From positions 1 through 47,649 of IMG/VR virus record IMGVR_UViG_3300012943_000041: a DNA stretch of 47,649 bases. The stretch is one strand, 5' to 3'. The stretch comes from a virus. Taxonomy: Duplodnaviria; Caudoviricetes. Position 1 is the first letter of the stretch, and each line of letters opens with the position of its first letter. A program made the position numbers and the translations under genes. This document shows, piece by piece, positions 26,599-36,189 of this stretch. The notes under the pieces are model-generated. The model made no database searches, was not told the DNA's origin, and saw nothing but the letters and a program-made list of their open reading frames with translations.

Positions 26599-28043
26599 AG
26601 GTGATCCCCATCAGCATAGAAGCGCGAGCCGCGAACGGCCTGGTTGGCGCCAAAGAAATAGCAATTGCGCTTGCCGATCTGGCCGTTGCGCACCTTGGCG
26701 GCGATGATCTCGACGCGGTTGCGCGCGATGTTCATCGATTCCTGCCAGCCATCGTGTTTCTTGTCGCCGGAGGGTGGCTCGGATCGCTCAAGATAATATT
26801 CCTCGCGATAGACGAAGGCGACCACGTCGGCGTCCTGTTCGATATCGCCGCTGTCGCGCAGGTCGCTCATCATCGGGCGCTTGTCCTCGCGCTTCTCGAC
26901 CTCGCGGTTGAGCTGGGCGAGGATCACGATCGCGACATTGCATTCCTTCGCGATGCGCTTCACGGCGCGGCTGATCTCCGACACCTCCTCGTAGCGCTTC
27001 GCTTTGCGATCATCGCCGCGGATGAGGCCAAGATAGTCGACGAACACGACGTCGAGGGATTGGCCGGCGGCGACCATCTGGCGCTGGTAGCGGCGGATCA
27101 TCATTGCCAGGCGCCCGATGCGAAGGGCCGGCGGGTCTGTCAGGACCATCCCCCAGCTTTCGATCATGGTGCGCGCTTCACGGATGCGCTCGCGATCGAA
27201 CTGGTTGATGTTGCCGCGGCGGATATCGTTGAAGGCTGGCGAGCCATGTCCACGGAAGCACAGGTCCGAAATGGCCCGGGTCGTCAGTTCCGCGATCGAC
27301 ATTTCGAGGCTGACGAACAGCACGCCATGGCCGGCGCGCGCGACGGCGAGCGCGAGTGATATGGCCGTGGCCGTCTTGCCCATGCTGGGGCGGCCGCCGA
27401 GCACGATCATCTCGCCGCGACGCATACCGCCAGTGAGGTGATTCCAGTCGTCGAAGCCGGCGGCCATGATGCCGCGCGGACCTAGGCCCGCCGCCTCGTC
27501 CTCGATCGCCTGCAAGGTCTTGTCGAACGCCTGGGTGATTGATGCGCTTTGGGTGACGGTGGAGCGCTGCAAAGCATTGGCAAGCGCCGTGTCCATGTCC
27601 TCGACCAGCCTCTCGACCGGATGCTCGGACAGCATCGATACGTTCTCGGTGAGCGCGCGCATCTCATCGAGCAGACGGCGGCGCTTGGCGAGGTCGGCAA
27701 TGGCCCGCGTGAAATCCCATACGCCGATCAGCGATGCCGACGAGCTGGTAAGCTGGAACAGGTAGCCAGGGCCCAACTCGGCAAAGGCTGGATCGCCCAC
27801 GAAGTGCCCGCGCAACAGGAAGGCGTCGGCACGACGCCCCGCGCTGACCTCTGACAGGATCGCGCTGAAGATCCGTTGATGGAGGGGCTCGTGGAAATCC
27901 TCGGGCTGAAGCCGCTCGGCAACGCCGTCGACGAAGCTGTTGTCGATCAGCAGGGCGCCCAACAAGGCCGCCTCGGTTTCAACGCTGCGCAGAGCTTCGG
28001 GGTATTCAGGGTAGGATGTCATCAGACGGGCGACCTCAGCCAT
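26595..28043 (-). CDS. dnaB: DnaB-like replicative helicase
   Basis: GGRPSMGKT, SLEM, VDYLGL, QLNR, SDLRDSGDIEQDAD. Confidence 0.95.
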   Translation of the reverse strand: MAEVARLMTSYPEYPEALRSVETEAALLGALLIDNSFVDGVAERLQPEDFHEPLHQRIFSAILSEVSAGRRADAFLLRGHFVGDPAFAELGPGYLFQLTSSSASLIGVWDFTRAIADLAKRRRLLDEMRALTENVSMLSEHPVERLVEDMDTALANALQRSTVTQSASITQAFDKTLQAIEDEAAGLGPRGIMAAGFDDWNHLTGGMRRGEMIVLGGRPSMGKTATAISLALAVARAGHGVLFVSLEMSIAELTTRAISDLCFRGHGSPAFNDIRRGNINQFDRERIREARTMIESWGMVLTDPPALRIGRLAMMIRRYQRQMVAAGQSLDVVFVDYLGLIRGDDRKAKRYEEVSEISRAVKRIAKECNVAIVILAQLNREVEKREDKRPMMSDLRDSGDIEQDADVVAFVYREEYYLERSEPPSGDKKHDGWQESMNIARNRVEIIAAKVRNGQIGKRNCYFFGANQAVRGSRFYADGDHL

Positions 28044-28233
28044 GACGCTTCCCCTGTTCACACGCGAGAAACACCGCTTTGAAATCTTCGTGGGCGAGGA
28101 TCATCCGCTGGACGTGCTCACGATCCTCCCACATCCGGCGATCGGCGTTGGCTGATCGAGCGAGCGCGCAATATCGGTGCCATGCGGCATCGACGGCAGC
28201 GGCGGTGGGAAGGATGGCGACGTTCGCGCTCAT
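28036..28233 (-). CDS. Hypothetical protein
   Basis: MSANVAILPT..., coupled ORF. Confidence 0.55.
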   Translation of the reverse strand: MSANVAILPTAAAVDAAWHRYCALARSANADRRMWEDREHVQRMILAHEDFKAVFLACEQGKRHG

Positions 28234-28412
28234 GCCCGCTGAAACTCCATAATATCGCCCGGCGATCGCCGATGCGGCCACTTCCACCCATCGGCGCGGG
28301 TGAATTCCCGCTTCTCCACCGTGCTGCGATCGACGACGCGGATGCGCGGGCGCACCATGGTCTCGGGCGCGTAGGGGCGCGCGCCGCCGGTGTGGGGGTG
28401 CCAGGGGATCAT
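28230..28412 (-). CDS. Small phage protein
   Basis: MIPWHPHTGG...WPH...GDIMEF; coupled ORF. Confidence 0.55.
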   Translation of the reverse strand: MIPWHPHTGGARPYAPETMVRPRIRVVDRSTVEKREFTRADGWKWPHRRSPGDIMEFQRA

Positions 28413-29815
28413 GCGGCGATGCTTTCGGCTTGAGCCGGCGCGCGGATCGCAACCGTGCAGGTGTTGACCATCGTGCCGCTCTCCCGGAACGAGCCCGCGG
28501 GAAGATCCTGCCACTTGCGGTCGCCCCAACGGTTGGGGGTCTGCATCTTGTCGAGCAGGGCGCGGAGCGATGCAGCGCGCGCGTTCTCGGAGACGGCCGC
28601 GCTGGCGGATGCGACGGCGACGAGACTGCCGCCAGGTTTCAGGAATTTGAGGGCGTGGCGGATATGATCGCAATCCCGGCCGCGATCGAACGGCGGGTTC
28701 ATCACGATCAGGTCAAACAGCCCGACGTCGGCAACCGTCAGTGCGAGGAAATCCCCCTCAGTGACCCTATATCCCTTCTGGCGAAGGCCGGCGCAAAGCT
28801 CGTGCTGGACTTCGACACAATGGACATCGCCGCCGCGGCTCCGAGCTTCATCGGCCAAGCGTCCGCGGCCCGCGCTGGGCTCCAGCACGCGAAGCCCGGC
28901 GACAGAGCCGGTGCGCTCGAACACGGCGGCGACAACCGCGGCGGGGCTTTCGAATAGGCCGAAGTTCTTTGCCGGCGTCAGGTGATAGGTCGGCCCCATG
29001 TCGGAAACATCCGCGACCTCGGAGCCTTCGCCGATCGTCTCGCCGTAGTAGTCCGCCAGCAAACGGTTGACCTTGCGCACCAGATCGTCACGGGTGAACC
29101 ACAGATGCGCATTGCCGTTCTGGAAGCGACGCAGGCGGAAATAATCCCCCTCCACCACCTCTTGCCCGCGAAGCTGCGCGACCTTGCCACCGATGCCGGC
29201 GGCATATTCGGGGACCGGCTTGCCATCGAGGACGCAAAACGTGCGCTCGATGTCGCGGAGCGTCTCGCGCCGATCACCATATTTCATCCCGTATTCGTCA
29301 AACGCATAGGTCAGAATGACGCGTGCGCCGATCTTGAAGCCATCGTGGGACTTGAACCGTCGGTCGAGCGATGAGAACGCAAGCGCGATGCCCCGGCGGA
29401 AGATCGTGTCGGCGTCTTCCATGAACTGCGACAGGGTGGCGCGGACGTTCTCGGATGTGGCCGGCGGGGGCGACTTCTGGAGGCTGGCGCGGAACTCGTC
29501 GCGCGCCTTGTGGTCCATCAGCCGCTCAAGGTCGGTGGCTTCGATGATGTGCCCCCACATGGCGCGATCGGTCTGTTGGGTCATCGCTTCAATGAAGCTG
29601 TCCCGACTCCCCTCTCCGCCATATTTCGGCGCCAGGGCGTCACGGGCGTCATCGTCCAGCTTGAGCGAACCGCTTTGCGATTGGGCCGCGAGCGAACCGA
29701 AGCGGCGGGCCTCGTCGAGCGCGTCGAAGGCCACGCCGTAAAGGTCGATGGCGCGCGCGCGGTTGCGCTCCATCTCCTCAAGCGTGGCGCGCGCGACTGG
29801 CAGGTGGTCGCTCAT
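28409..29815 (-). CDS. DUF4942-like domain plus amino (N6-adenine) methyltransferase
   Basis: FQNGNAHLWF; VLEPSAGRG motif I; MNPPF motif IV. Confidence 0.85.
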   Translation of the reverse strand: MSDHLPVARATLEEMERNRARAIDLYGVAFDALDEARRFGSLAAQSQSGSLKLDDDARDALAPKYGGEGSRDSFIEAMTQQTDRAMWGHIIEATDLERLMDHKARDEFRASLQKSPPPATSENVRATLSQFMEDADTIFRRGIALAFSSLDRRFKSHDGFKIGARVILTYAFDEYGMKYGDRRETLRDIERTFCVLDGKPVPEYAAGIGGKVAQLRGQEVVEGDYFRLRRFQNGNAHLWFTRDDLVRKVNRLLADYYGETIGEGSEVADVSDMGPTYHLTPAKNFGLFESPAAVVAAVFERTGSVAGLRVLEPSAGRGRLADEARSRGGDVHCVEVQHELCAGLRQKGYRVTEGDFLALTVADVGLFDLIVMNPPFDRGRDCDHIRHALKFLKPGGSLVAVASASAAVSENARAASLRALLDKMQTPNRWGDRKWQDLPAGSFRESGTMVNTCTVAIRAPAQAESIAA

Positions 29816-30456
29816 GCCGCCAACCTCATCGCGCCGGTGACATAATCGCCCCACTGCTCGGCCATCGCCTTGGCAATGCCCGGAAAGAACCGCGAGCGCT
29901 CCCGCCAGCGATCAGGGCCCGGCGGCATTCGGTGAACGCGCTGTTCGCGCCCTTCGACAATATCGGTGGCCCGCAACGCTGGCAGATCGCGCAGCCACAG
30001 ACATGTGCGTTTCGTCTCGCCATGCCCGAACTGCCATGGCTGCACCGATTGCGCCGGCGGGGCATATCCGGTGATCCGCTCTTTCGCGTGCCGGTGCATG
30101 ACGGGGTTCTCGACAGCGACATGCGGGATCGGCGCGTTCCACAGCGTGGAGAAGAACGCCGCGGCTTCGTCGAGTTCAGCCCACATCGCGGCCAGCGTCC
30201 GGCCCGGAGGCGGCACCGACAGCCAGCGGACGCCGCTATTGCAGAGGCGCGTGCATGGCGGATGGAAGACCGCCAGCATGTCCCAACCCTCATTGAGATG
30301 GTCGAGCAGGTTGCCGGTGATGTGCTTGTTGCTGCGATCGTCGGACGGGAGGAGGTCGCACGACCATGCATCGAATCCGCGCGCAGCGAACTCCCGGCGG
30401 ACGGTGCCGCTGAACTCGCAGCCGATCAGGACGCGGGTGTCTTCGGGTCGCTTCAT
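29812..30456 (-). CDS. Short C5-cytosine methyltransferase-like protein
   Basis: VLIGCEFSG, HPPC and ENP motifs. Confidence 0.7.
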   Translation of the reverse strand: MKRPEDTRVLIGCEFSGTVRREFAARGFDAWSCDLLPSDDRSNKHITGNLLDHLNEGWDMLAVFHPPCTRLCNSGVRWLSVPPPGRTLAAMWAELDEAAAFFSTLWNAPIPHVAVENPVMHRHAKERITGYAPPAQSVQPWQFGHGETKRTCLWLRDLPALRATDIVEGREQRVHRMPPGPDRWRERSRFFPGIAKAMAEQWGDYVTGAMRLAA

Positions 30457-31025
30457 GCCGCCCCCGCCTCCTCGCGCATGTCCTCGTGGACCGCCAACCC
30501 CGCATCAATCAGCGCAGTCACGAATTCCCCAAACTCGCGCCCATCATCCCGCCAGGCGCGGATCACCTCGGCCTGGATGCGATGCCTGTCAGTCGGATTA
30601 AGGAATGCCTCCGCGGCCGCCCGCATGACCTCACTCATCGGCGTCTGATCGGCGCGGGCACGTTCCACCACGGCGGCATGGAGGTCGCGCGGCAGATAGA
30701 CCGATAATTGCTTGGTCCGATCGATCCTGCGGAGATTGCTGGCGAGCGTACCTGGTTCAGGCTGCGCCGGGACCGCAACCACCACCGGTCTCACAACCGG
30801 TTGAGCAACGCGGCCCGGAATCACGATGGCGCGATGCCCGTCGCTGAATCCGACGATAATCTCTCCCGCCTCCGCCAGTTCGGCAAGCAGCGACGACACC
30901 TGATCTTCGGAGCGCACGAGGCACAGTTCGAGGATCTCGGCATTGCTGGGCGACGCCCTGCCCTCGTCCTGCCGTTTCCGGAGGTCGTCGAGCAGCGTGC
31001 GCTTCGTCATTGCGGGAAAGCTCAT
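30453..31025 (-). CDS. DNA-binding protein (LexA-like wHTH plus ribbon-helix-helix)
   Basis: SPSNAEI...; QLSVYLPRDLHAAV...MSEVMR. Confidence 0.55.
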   Translation of the reverse strand: MSFPAMTKRTLLDDLRKRQDEGRASPSNAEILELCLVRSEDQVSSLLAELAEAGEIIVGFSDGHRAIVIPGRVAQPVVRPVVVAVPAQPEPGTLASNLRRIDRTKQLSVYLPRDLHAAVVERARADQTPMSEVMRAAAEAFLNPTDRHRIQAEVIRAWRDDGREFGEFVTALIDAGLAVHEDMREEAGAA

Positions 31026-31576
31026 GCGGTGGCTCCCTTCGCGAGGAATTGCGGCGTGAAGATCGATTGATCGCGCCACGGGGGATGAATGCCCTCGATG
31101 TCGAGGAGATAATCGAGCAGGCCGCAGGCTTCGGCGGCGTCATGCTTTTCCGGGTCGAACCCGAGTTGCCGGCAGCGATCCATGGCCATGCGCTTGAGAT
31201 CGACGGTTTTGGTGCCGCGGGGCATCTTGCCCAAGAAGTGGCGGCGCCATGTCGATTGATTGGTTTCGTGGCGACGGGCCCCGACGGCCTCGGCGAAACT
31301 CTCCGCGTGCATCGCAAGGCCGGCGGCGGCGCGTAGTGTCTTGATGTTGGTCTGGCCCTGCAACGCCCAGTGGGGCAGCGGCTCTTCCCAGATCAGGCTC
31401 GTGATCTCGGTGACCGTATGAAGGTCGATGAGGTTGCGGTGCAGGCGAAAGCACGCCCTGCCCGCCCACTCGATCCCTCCGGCAAGCGACCAGATGCCAC
31501 AGACCGGGCGGTCCATGCCGGGCTGCCAGAAGGCGTAGCCCGTGGACTTAACGGAGAGATCGAGCGCGACGAACAT
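31022..31576 (-). CDS. RuvC-like Holliday junction resolvase
   Basis: ALDLS..STG, WEEP, WRRHFLG, HDAAEA. Confidence 0.75.
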   Translation of the reverse strand: MFVALDLSVKSTGYAFWQPGMDRPVCGIWSLAGGIEWAGRACFRLHRNLIDLHTVTEITSLIWEEPLPHWALQGQTNIKTLRAAAGLAMHAESFAEAVGARRHETNQSTWRRHFLGKMPRGTKTVDLKRMAMDRCRQLGFDPEKHDAAEACGLLDYLLDIEGIHPPWRDQSIFTPQFLAKGATA

Positions 31577-31580
31577 GGGC

Positions 31581-32297
31581 TTACTGGACTGACGAGGCGG
31601 CGAGGCCGCTGATGCCGAGACCCTTGGTCGCAATGACGGGCATCGACGGCACGTCGCCATCGTCGCTCATCTGGTCGACCAGATCCTGGCTGATGCCGAT
31701 CCCGCCGGCCTGCATGAGCCCGTACAGGGTGCGCAGGTAATCGTCCCGGTTTTCCTCGGCCATCCGCTTGAGCTTGTGGAAGTCCTTCGCCGCCGCCTTG
31801 TTGCAGTGGCAGTCCTTCTCGATGATCTTCCATGCGGCCGAGAGATCGCCGCGCGTCGATGCGCTGTCCTGCTCGGCGGGAAGAACGTCCTGGTTCATTA
31901 CCCGGATTGCCCGCTCGAAATCGGGCTTCTCGATGATCTCTACCTTGTCCTCGGCCTTCTTCTTTCCACGCGCCATCGCGGGCTTCCTTTCTGTTGGGGG
32001 TTGCCGATCGGCCCCTGCTTCGCTCGGATAGCGTGCCACGGCCCCGACAGGCGTGACGTTGACGGCCCCAACGGGGACCGCAGCAGGGGCAGGGGTCGAG
32101 CCGCGATCGGCGGTCGGCTCGGGGAGTCCCTGTCGGGGCATCTCGGGATTGGGAATCGGCTGCTCGCCGGCGGCAACGGCAGCGTCGTGAAGCTCGGCCT
32201 CGCCCAATGAGATGTCGGCATGGAAGGCCGCATCCTCGCGGGTCATGCCGTCGACGTGGCGGGCGGTGAGATAGCGGATCAATTGGCGGCTGCTCAT
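31581..32297 (-). CDS. N-terminal HTH plus GapR/DUF2312-like domain
   Basis: C-terminal helical pattern DLSAAWK...NKAAAK...LKRM..ENRDD. Confidence 0.45.
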   Translation of the reverse strand: MSSRQLIRYLTARHVDGMTREDAAFHADISLGEAELHDAAVAAGEQPIPNPEMPRQGLPEPTADRGSTPAPAAVPVGAVNVTPVGAVARYPSEAGADRQPPTERKPAMARGKKKAEDKVEIIEKPDFERAIRVMNQDVLPAEQDSASTRGDLSAAWKIIEKDCHCNKAAAKDFHKLKRMAEENRDDYLRTLYGLMQAGGIGISQDLVDQMSDDGDVPSMPVIATKGLGISGLAASSVQ

Positions 32298-32470
32298 TGC
32301 GGCCCTCCCAGCAAAACCAGCGGCAGCCCCATGGCCGCGCGCAACCGGTCCATCTCAGCGCGGATCGGAGCGCGCTTTTCCCATTCCCGGCGCTGTGCTT
32401 TGCGGGACCGGAAATCGTGGAGGTCGGCGGCGACTTCCTGACGGAGCTCGGCGGTGACGGCGGCTTTCAT
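32294..32470 (-). CDS. Small hypothetical protein
   Basis: MKAAVTAELRQ..., ATGA overlaps at both ends. Confidence 0.55.
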   Translation of the reverse strand: MKAAVTAELRQEVAADLHDFRSRKAQRREWEKRAPIRAEMDRLRAAMGLPLVLLGGPQ

Positions 32471-33627
32471 GCTGCCTCCAATTCGACGATAGCTGCCGCA
32501 ATCCGCCGTTCGGCCATCTCGGCATATTCGGGGTTGAGTTCGATCAGGGTGGCATCGAGACCGAGTTGCTTGGCGACCAGCCCGACAGTGCCGGCGCCAC
32601 CGAAGGGATCGAGCACGCGGCCGGGATTGCGGGGATAATGACCGCAGATGCCGCCGCAGCCGTCGGCCGCGCCGCAATAGCCGCACACGGTCGCAGGCAC
32701 GCCTGCAAGGATGCACCGTTCGGCTAGGGCCGGCGGGAACGTGGCGAAGTGCGCTTCGCGGAAGGCCTTGGGTGCGATCGTCCAGACGTTGCGGGCGTTG
32801 CGGGTCTCGACGACTTGCCCTGCGATCGCTGCGCTGAAGCTGCTGTTGTTCTTGATGCCGCTACCCGGCGCCGCGGCCTTCTGGCCGGTGCCATTTCGCC
32901 TGACGACGGCCTTCATGGGCCGGCCTGGGCGGGTGCCCCCGTTCGCACGCATAGATCCGGCCTGATTGGCGACGTCCTGCGCAACGCGAGCGTGCGTGTT
33001 GGGTGAGCACGGCTCCCGGATCGCCTCGTGATTGTAGAAGTAATCCTCGCTCTTGGTGAGGAGCCAGACCTTCTCGTGCGCCGTGGTCGGGCGGTCATAG
33101 ACCGATTCCGGCATCGGATTGGGCTTATGCCAGATGATCTCCGACCGGACGTACCAGCCGTCATCCTGCAGCGCGATCGCCAGCCGGTTCGGGATCATGC
33201 AGAGATCTTTGGGTTTCAGGAATCCGCCGCGACGGTCGAAGTGCTGGCCCTCGCCGCCATTGCTGCGCGCTTGAATAGGTCCGACCGTCGAGAACGGCTT
33301 GTCGCGAAACGTGCGGTCGTCGGTCCCGTCGGCCTTGTACTGTTCGGCTGACCGCCCATTCGGCTGGGCGGCATAGCAATCGCCATAGTTGAGCCAGAGC
33401 GTGCCTTGGTTCTTGAGGACGCGGCGCACTTCGCGGAACACGTCGACCATAACCTCGAGGTGCTCGCCAAGCGTCGGCTCGAGCCCGATCTGGCCAGCAA
33501 CGCCATAATCGCGCAGGCCCCAATAGGGCGGCGACGTCACGACGCTGTCGAAATGGTTCGCCGGGAGCGCGCGCAGCTGCTCGCGCACGTCGCCGATCAG
33601 GATGGACACACCCCCCTGCCCGCTCAC
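32467..33627 (-). CDS. N4-cytosine/N6-adenine DNA methyltransferase (beta class)
   Basis: VTSPPY before HFATFP and VLDPFGGAGT. Confidence 0.9.
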   Translation of the reverse strand: MSGQGGVSILIGDVREQLRALPANHFDSVVTSPPYWGLRDYGVAGQIGLEPTLGEHLEVMVDVFREVRRVLKNQGTLWLNYGDCYAAQPNGRSAEQYKADGTDDRTFRDKPFSTVGPIQARSNGGEGQHFDRRGGFLKPKDLCMIPNRLAIALQDDGWYVRSEIIWHKPNPMPESVYDRPTTAHEKVWLLTKSEDYFYNHEAIREPCSPNTHARVAQDVANQAGSMRANGGTRPGRPMKAVVRRNGTGQKAAAPGSGIKNNSSFSAAIAGQVVETRNARNVWTIAPKAFREAHFATFPPALAERCILAGVPATVCGYCGAADGCGGICGHYPRNPGRVLDPFGGAGTVGLVAKQLGLDATLIELNPEYAEMAERRIAAAIVELEAA

Positions 33628-34100
33628 GCCGCATCACCCAAGCTGGAATAGGGCGTCAGGATCAGGATCATGTGATCCGCCGCCTCGGTCGCGATCGGCT
33701 TTTCGGTGTGATCGATCCGATTATCGGCCGCGGCCTGGGCGAACCGGGCAAGGTGGGCCATGGCGTTGGCCGCATCGCGCGCGGGGTTGCCGGCCTCCGC
33801 ATCCTCGGCGGGCGAAGCCACATAGCCGATCAGGTTCAGGATCGCGTTGACGCAGTGCGGACCCAACACGCAGGCCAGCGACAGGGCGGCCGACAGCGGC
33901 GGCTCGCGCACTTCAGTGGGATCGTTCGACATGTAGGACCGGATCGCCCGAAGCTCGACGCCCGACTGGCCGGCAAGCTGCTCGACCGTGAAGCGGCGTT
34001 CCACAACCACTGCATTGCGCAGTTCGGTGCGGATCGTTTCGGTTACGCGATCGCGAGAGACCAACATCGATCGTCCCGCTGAATTGCTGCGCGAGGTCAT
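33624..34100 (-). CDS. CII-like HTH regulator
   Basis: HTH plus AAADNRIDHTE; downstream of cro. Confidence 0.6.
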   Translation of the reverse strand: MTSRSNSAGRSMLVSRDRVTETIRTELRNAVVVERRFTVEQLAGQSGVELRAIRSYMSNDPTEVREPPLSAALSLACVLGPHCVNAILNLIGYVASPAEDAEAGNPARDAANAMAHLARFAQAAADNRIDHTEKPIATEAADHMILILTPYSSLGDAA

Positions 34101-34350
34101 TTACACACGTCCCATGAAAGAGAGCGGACAGAAGGCGCGCGACGGGTCCGGATCATGCCGGTCCTCGCCGCGCGACCCGTGGGGCGACCCGACGGGAAGG
34201 GGTGCGCGGCGCCGTGGGGCAGCGCCGCGCGACAGGCCGGGGAACAGGGAGAAAACCCCGCCTGTGTCTGTGGATGGGTGAAGGGCGTCATTGCCGCGAC
34301 TCGCCGGGACGTGAGAGCGTGTCGTCCTCATCAGATGAAGGGGACGCCAC

Positions 34351-34641
34351 ATGCTCTACGAAGGAACAATTTTCGAAGATGGCGCCGCCGTCGATCTCGA
34401 CGACAATCAGTTCGTGCGCTGCATCTTCAAAAGTGCAGTTTTCCATTACAATGGTGGAAATGTCGTATTCACCGACTGCGTTTTCGCGAACATTTCCTGG
34501 GAACTCGGCGGCCACCTCGGGAATGGACTCCGTTCCCTCGCCAGTTTTTTCGCCGCCGCCGGCCAGACCGACCGGCTTGCCCGGATGCTCGCCGACTTTG
34601 CCCACGGCGCCAATGGGCCGATCTCGTTCACTATCAAATGA
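34351..34641 (+). CDS. Hypothetical protein (opposite-strand moron)
   Basis: GAAGGGG SD; VDLDDNQFVRCIF...YNGG; lower GC. Confidence 0.55.
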   Translation: MLYEGTIFEDGAAVDLDDNQFVRCIFKSAVFHYNGGNVVFTDCVFANISWELGGHLGNGLRSLASFFAAAGQTDRLARMLADFAHGANGPISFTIK

Positions 34642-34649
34642 GGGCGCGG

Positions 34650-34865
34650 TCATGCTGCGGCCTTCGAGGCGGCGGCTCCGGTATCAACCCATGCTTGCAT
34701 AGGGACTTCACCGTTAGTCGCCCGCTCGATCCTCCCGGCAAGTGCCAAGGACGGTGTGAATTCGCCCTTGATGAGGCGGCTGATTGTCGCCGGGGTCGTG
34801 CGAGCGCGAGACGCGAAGGCACTCTGAGATTCTTGGCGATCGGTGAGATAGGCGTCTAACGTCAT
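34650..34865 (-). CDS. cro: Cro-like repressor
   Basis: 71-aa HTH (QSAFASRARTTPATISRL; IERATNGEV), divergent from cI. Confidence 0.85.
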   Translation of the reverse strand: MTLDAYLTDRQESQSAFASRARTTPATISRLIKGEFTPSLALAGRIERATNGEVPMQAWVDTGAAASKAAA

Positions 34866-34874
34866 GCGGAGATA

Positions 34875-34924
34875 ATTACGCAATACGCAATTTCAAGCAA
34901 GCAGGAAATTACGTGTGGCGGCAT
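34875..34924. promoter_or_regulatory. OR-like operators ATTRCG-N5-CGYAAT
   Basis: Perfect site at 34875-34891, degenerate site at 34908-34924, between cro and cI. Confidence 0.75.
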
Positions 34925-34958
34925 TCACCTTTTTGGTGATGGCCCGCATTCATTCTTG

Positions 34959-35441
34959 ATGGATGGCCCGCCAACGAATTTTCTTAAAGCAATTCGCAAG
35001 CAAAAAGGCTTGAGGGCCAATGCGCTCGCGGAAAGGCTTGAGGTGTCACCGGCTCAGATTTCCCGGTGGGAGAACGGGAAGGACGACATACCCGGAAAAC
35101 GGCTGCCGTCGCTTGCCGACGCATACGGCACCTCGATCGGCGCCATCTATGCGGGCGCTGATCATATGGCCGGGGAGATCGCTCCATCCCCGGCCCCTGG
35201 ACCACGAGAAGAAACCCTTATCAGCCTTCTGGTAGCCGCTGCACCCGCCTTACAGGAAGGCCAATCGAACGAAGTCGCGCTTCGAGAAGTTGCTCGTTCC
35301 TTCGCCGCCGCGCTTCGAATGATCGCCGAAGATCCCTCCATTCAGGATGTGCCGGATCGTTTGGATATGGCCGCTCGCGCAATCGCTGACGCAGCTCGGT
35401 ATTATACGAATCCGCCATCCCCAAACGCATCGCGCAAGTGA
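34959..35441 (+). CDS. cI: CI-like XRE repressor lacking S24 peptidase domain
   Basis: LKAIRKQKGL...LAERLEVSPAQISRWENG; helical C-terminus. Confidence 0.8.
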   Translation: MDGPPTNFLKAIRKQKGLRANALAERLEVSPAQISRWENGKDDIPGKRLPSLADAYGTSIGAIYAGADHMAGEIAPSPAPGPREETLISLLVAAAPALQEGQSNEVALREVARSFAAALRMIAEDPSIQDVPDRLDMAARAIADAARYYTNPPSPNASRK

Positions 35442-35577
35442 TGTCGCACGCGGTACAACCTCTCCCACATTTGGACATTCCCCGTCCCCTGTTTTGCAGC
35501 CTCGAATGTGAGGCCGGACGACATTCGGGGACGTAAGTTGCTGAATAGGTAATGTTTCGGGGAAGAAAGGGGACGGA

Positions 35578-35685
35578 ATGCGCTGTCCAAAATGTTTCGA
35601 CAAAATCCAGGATGCCTCGGAGGTTTGCTATCACTGCAAGCACGAACACGCGGCTAATGGCGCTCCGAGTCGGTGGGTCGGCTAG
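35578..35685 (+). CDS. 35-aa zinc-ribbon peptide
   Basis: MRCPKC...CYHC with AAAGGGG SD; not in ORF track. Confidence 0.55.
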   Translation: MRCPKCFDKIQDASEVCYHCKHEHAANGAPSRWVG

Positions 35686-36144
35686 GTGAGTCAGTTTGGC
35701 GATTGGGTTGCGGTAGCGGGGTTTGCCTGGGGCGTGATCGCAATTCCGGTCGGGATATGGATCGGCAGGAAGTCCAAAGCCCAAGACACATTGCCAAACA
35801 TCCGCCCTAATTTTGGCGGGAACGGCGACTTTTTTCGATGCGTAGCGGATGTCCACGCCAGGACAAATGAAGATATCTTGATTACAAAAGTCTCGGCGAG
35901 TGCCGATCTGTGTGTGACCGGCGACCGGCCGATCTATGATGTCGAAGGATCGATCACCGGGTACAATCACGAATGGCAGCCATCCCCCGTTTCGGTGGAC
36001 TGGCTTGTTCCCGGCGGAGGCTCGAGCCGGTTTTTCATTGACGTCCGATCACCAACGGCGATGGACATCCGCCTCACCTTATCTTCCAGCGCACGAACAC
36101 TGATCGACAGGCGGGTGACAATCAAGGCTCCCACGAATCCGTAG
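35686..36144 (+). CDS. Membrane-anchored hypothetical protein (immunity-region moron)
   Basis: N-terminal TM helix; lower GC. Confidence 0.55.
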   Translation: MSQFGDWVAVAGFAWGVIAIPVGIWIGRKSKAQDTLPNIRPNFGGNGDFFRCVADVHARTNEDILITKVSASADLCVTGDRPIYDVEGSITGYNHEWQPSPVSVDWLVPGGGSSRFFIDVRSPTAMDIRLTLSSSARTLIDRRVTIKAPTNP

Positions 36145-36189
36145 GTGCCGACCAAGAAATAGATGAAAGTGTCCATACCCGCCTCTCGG

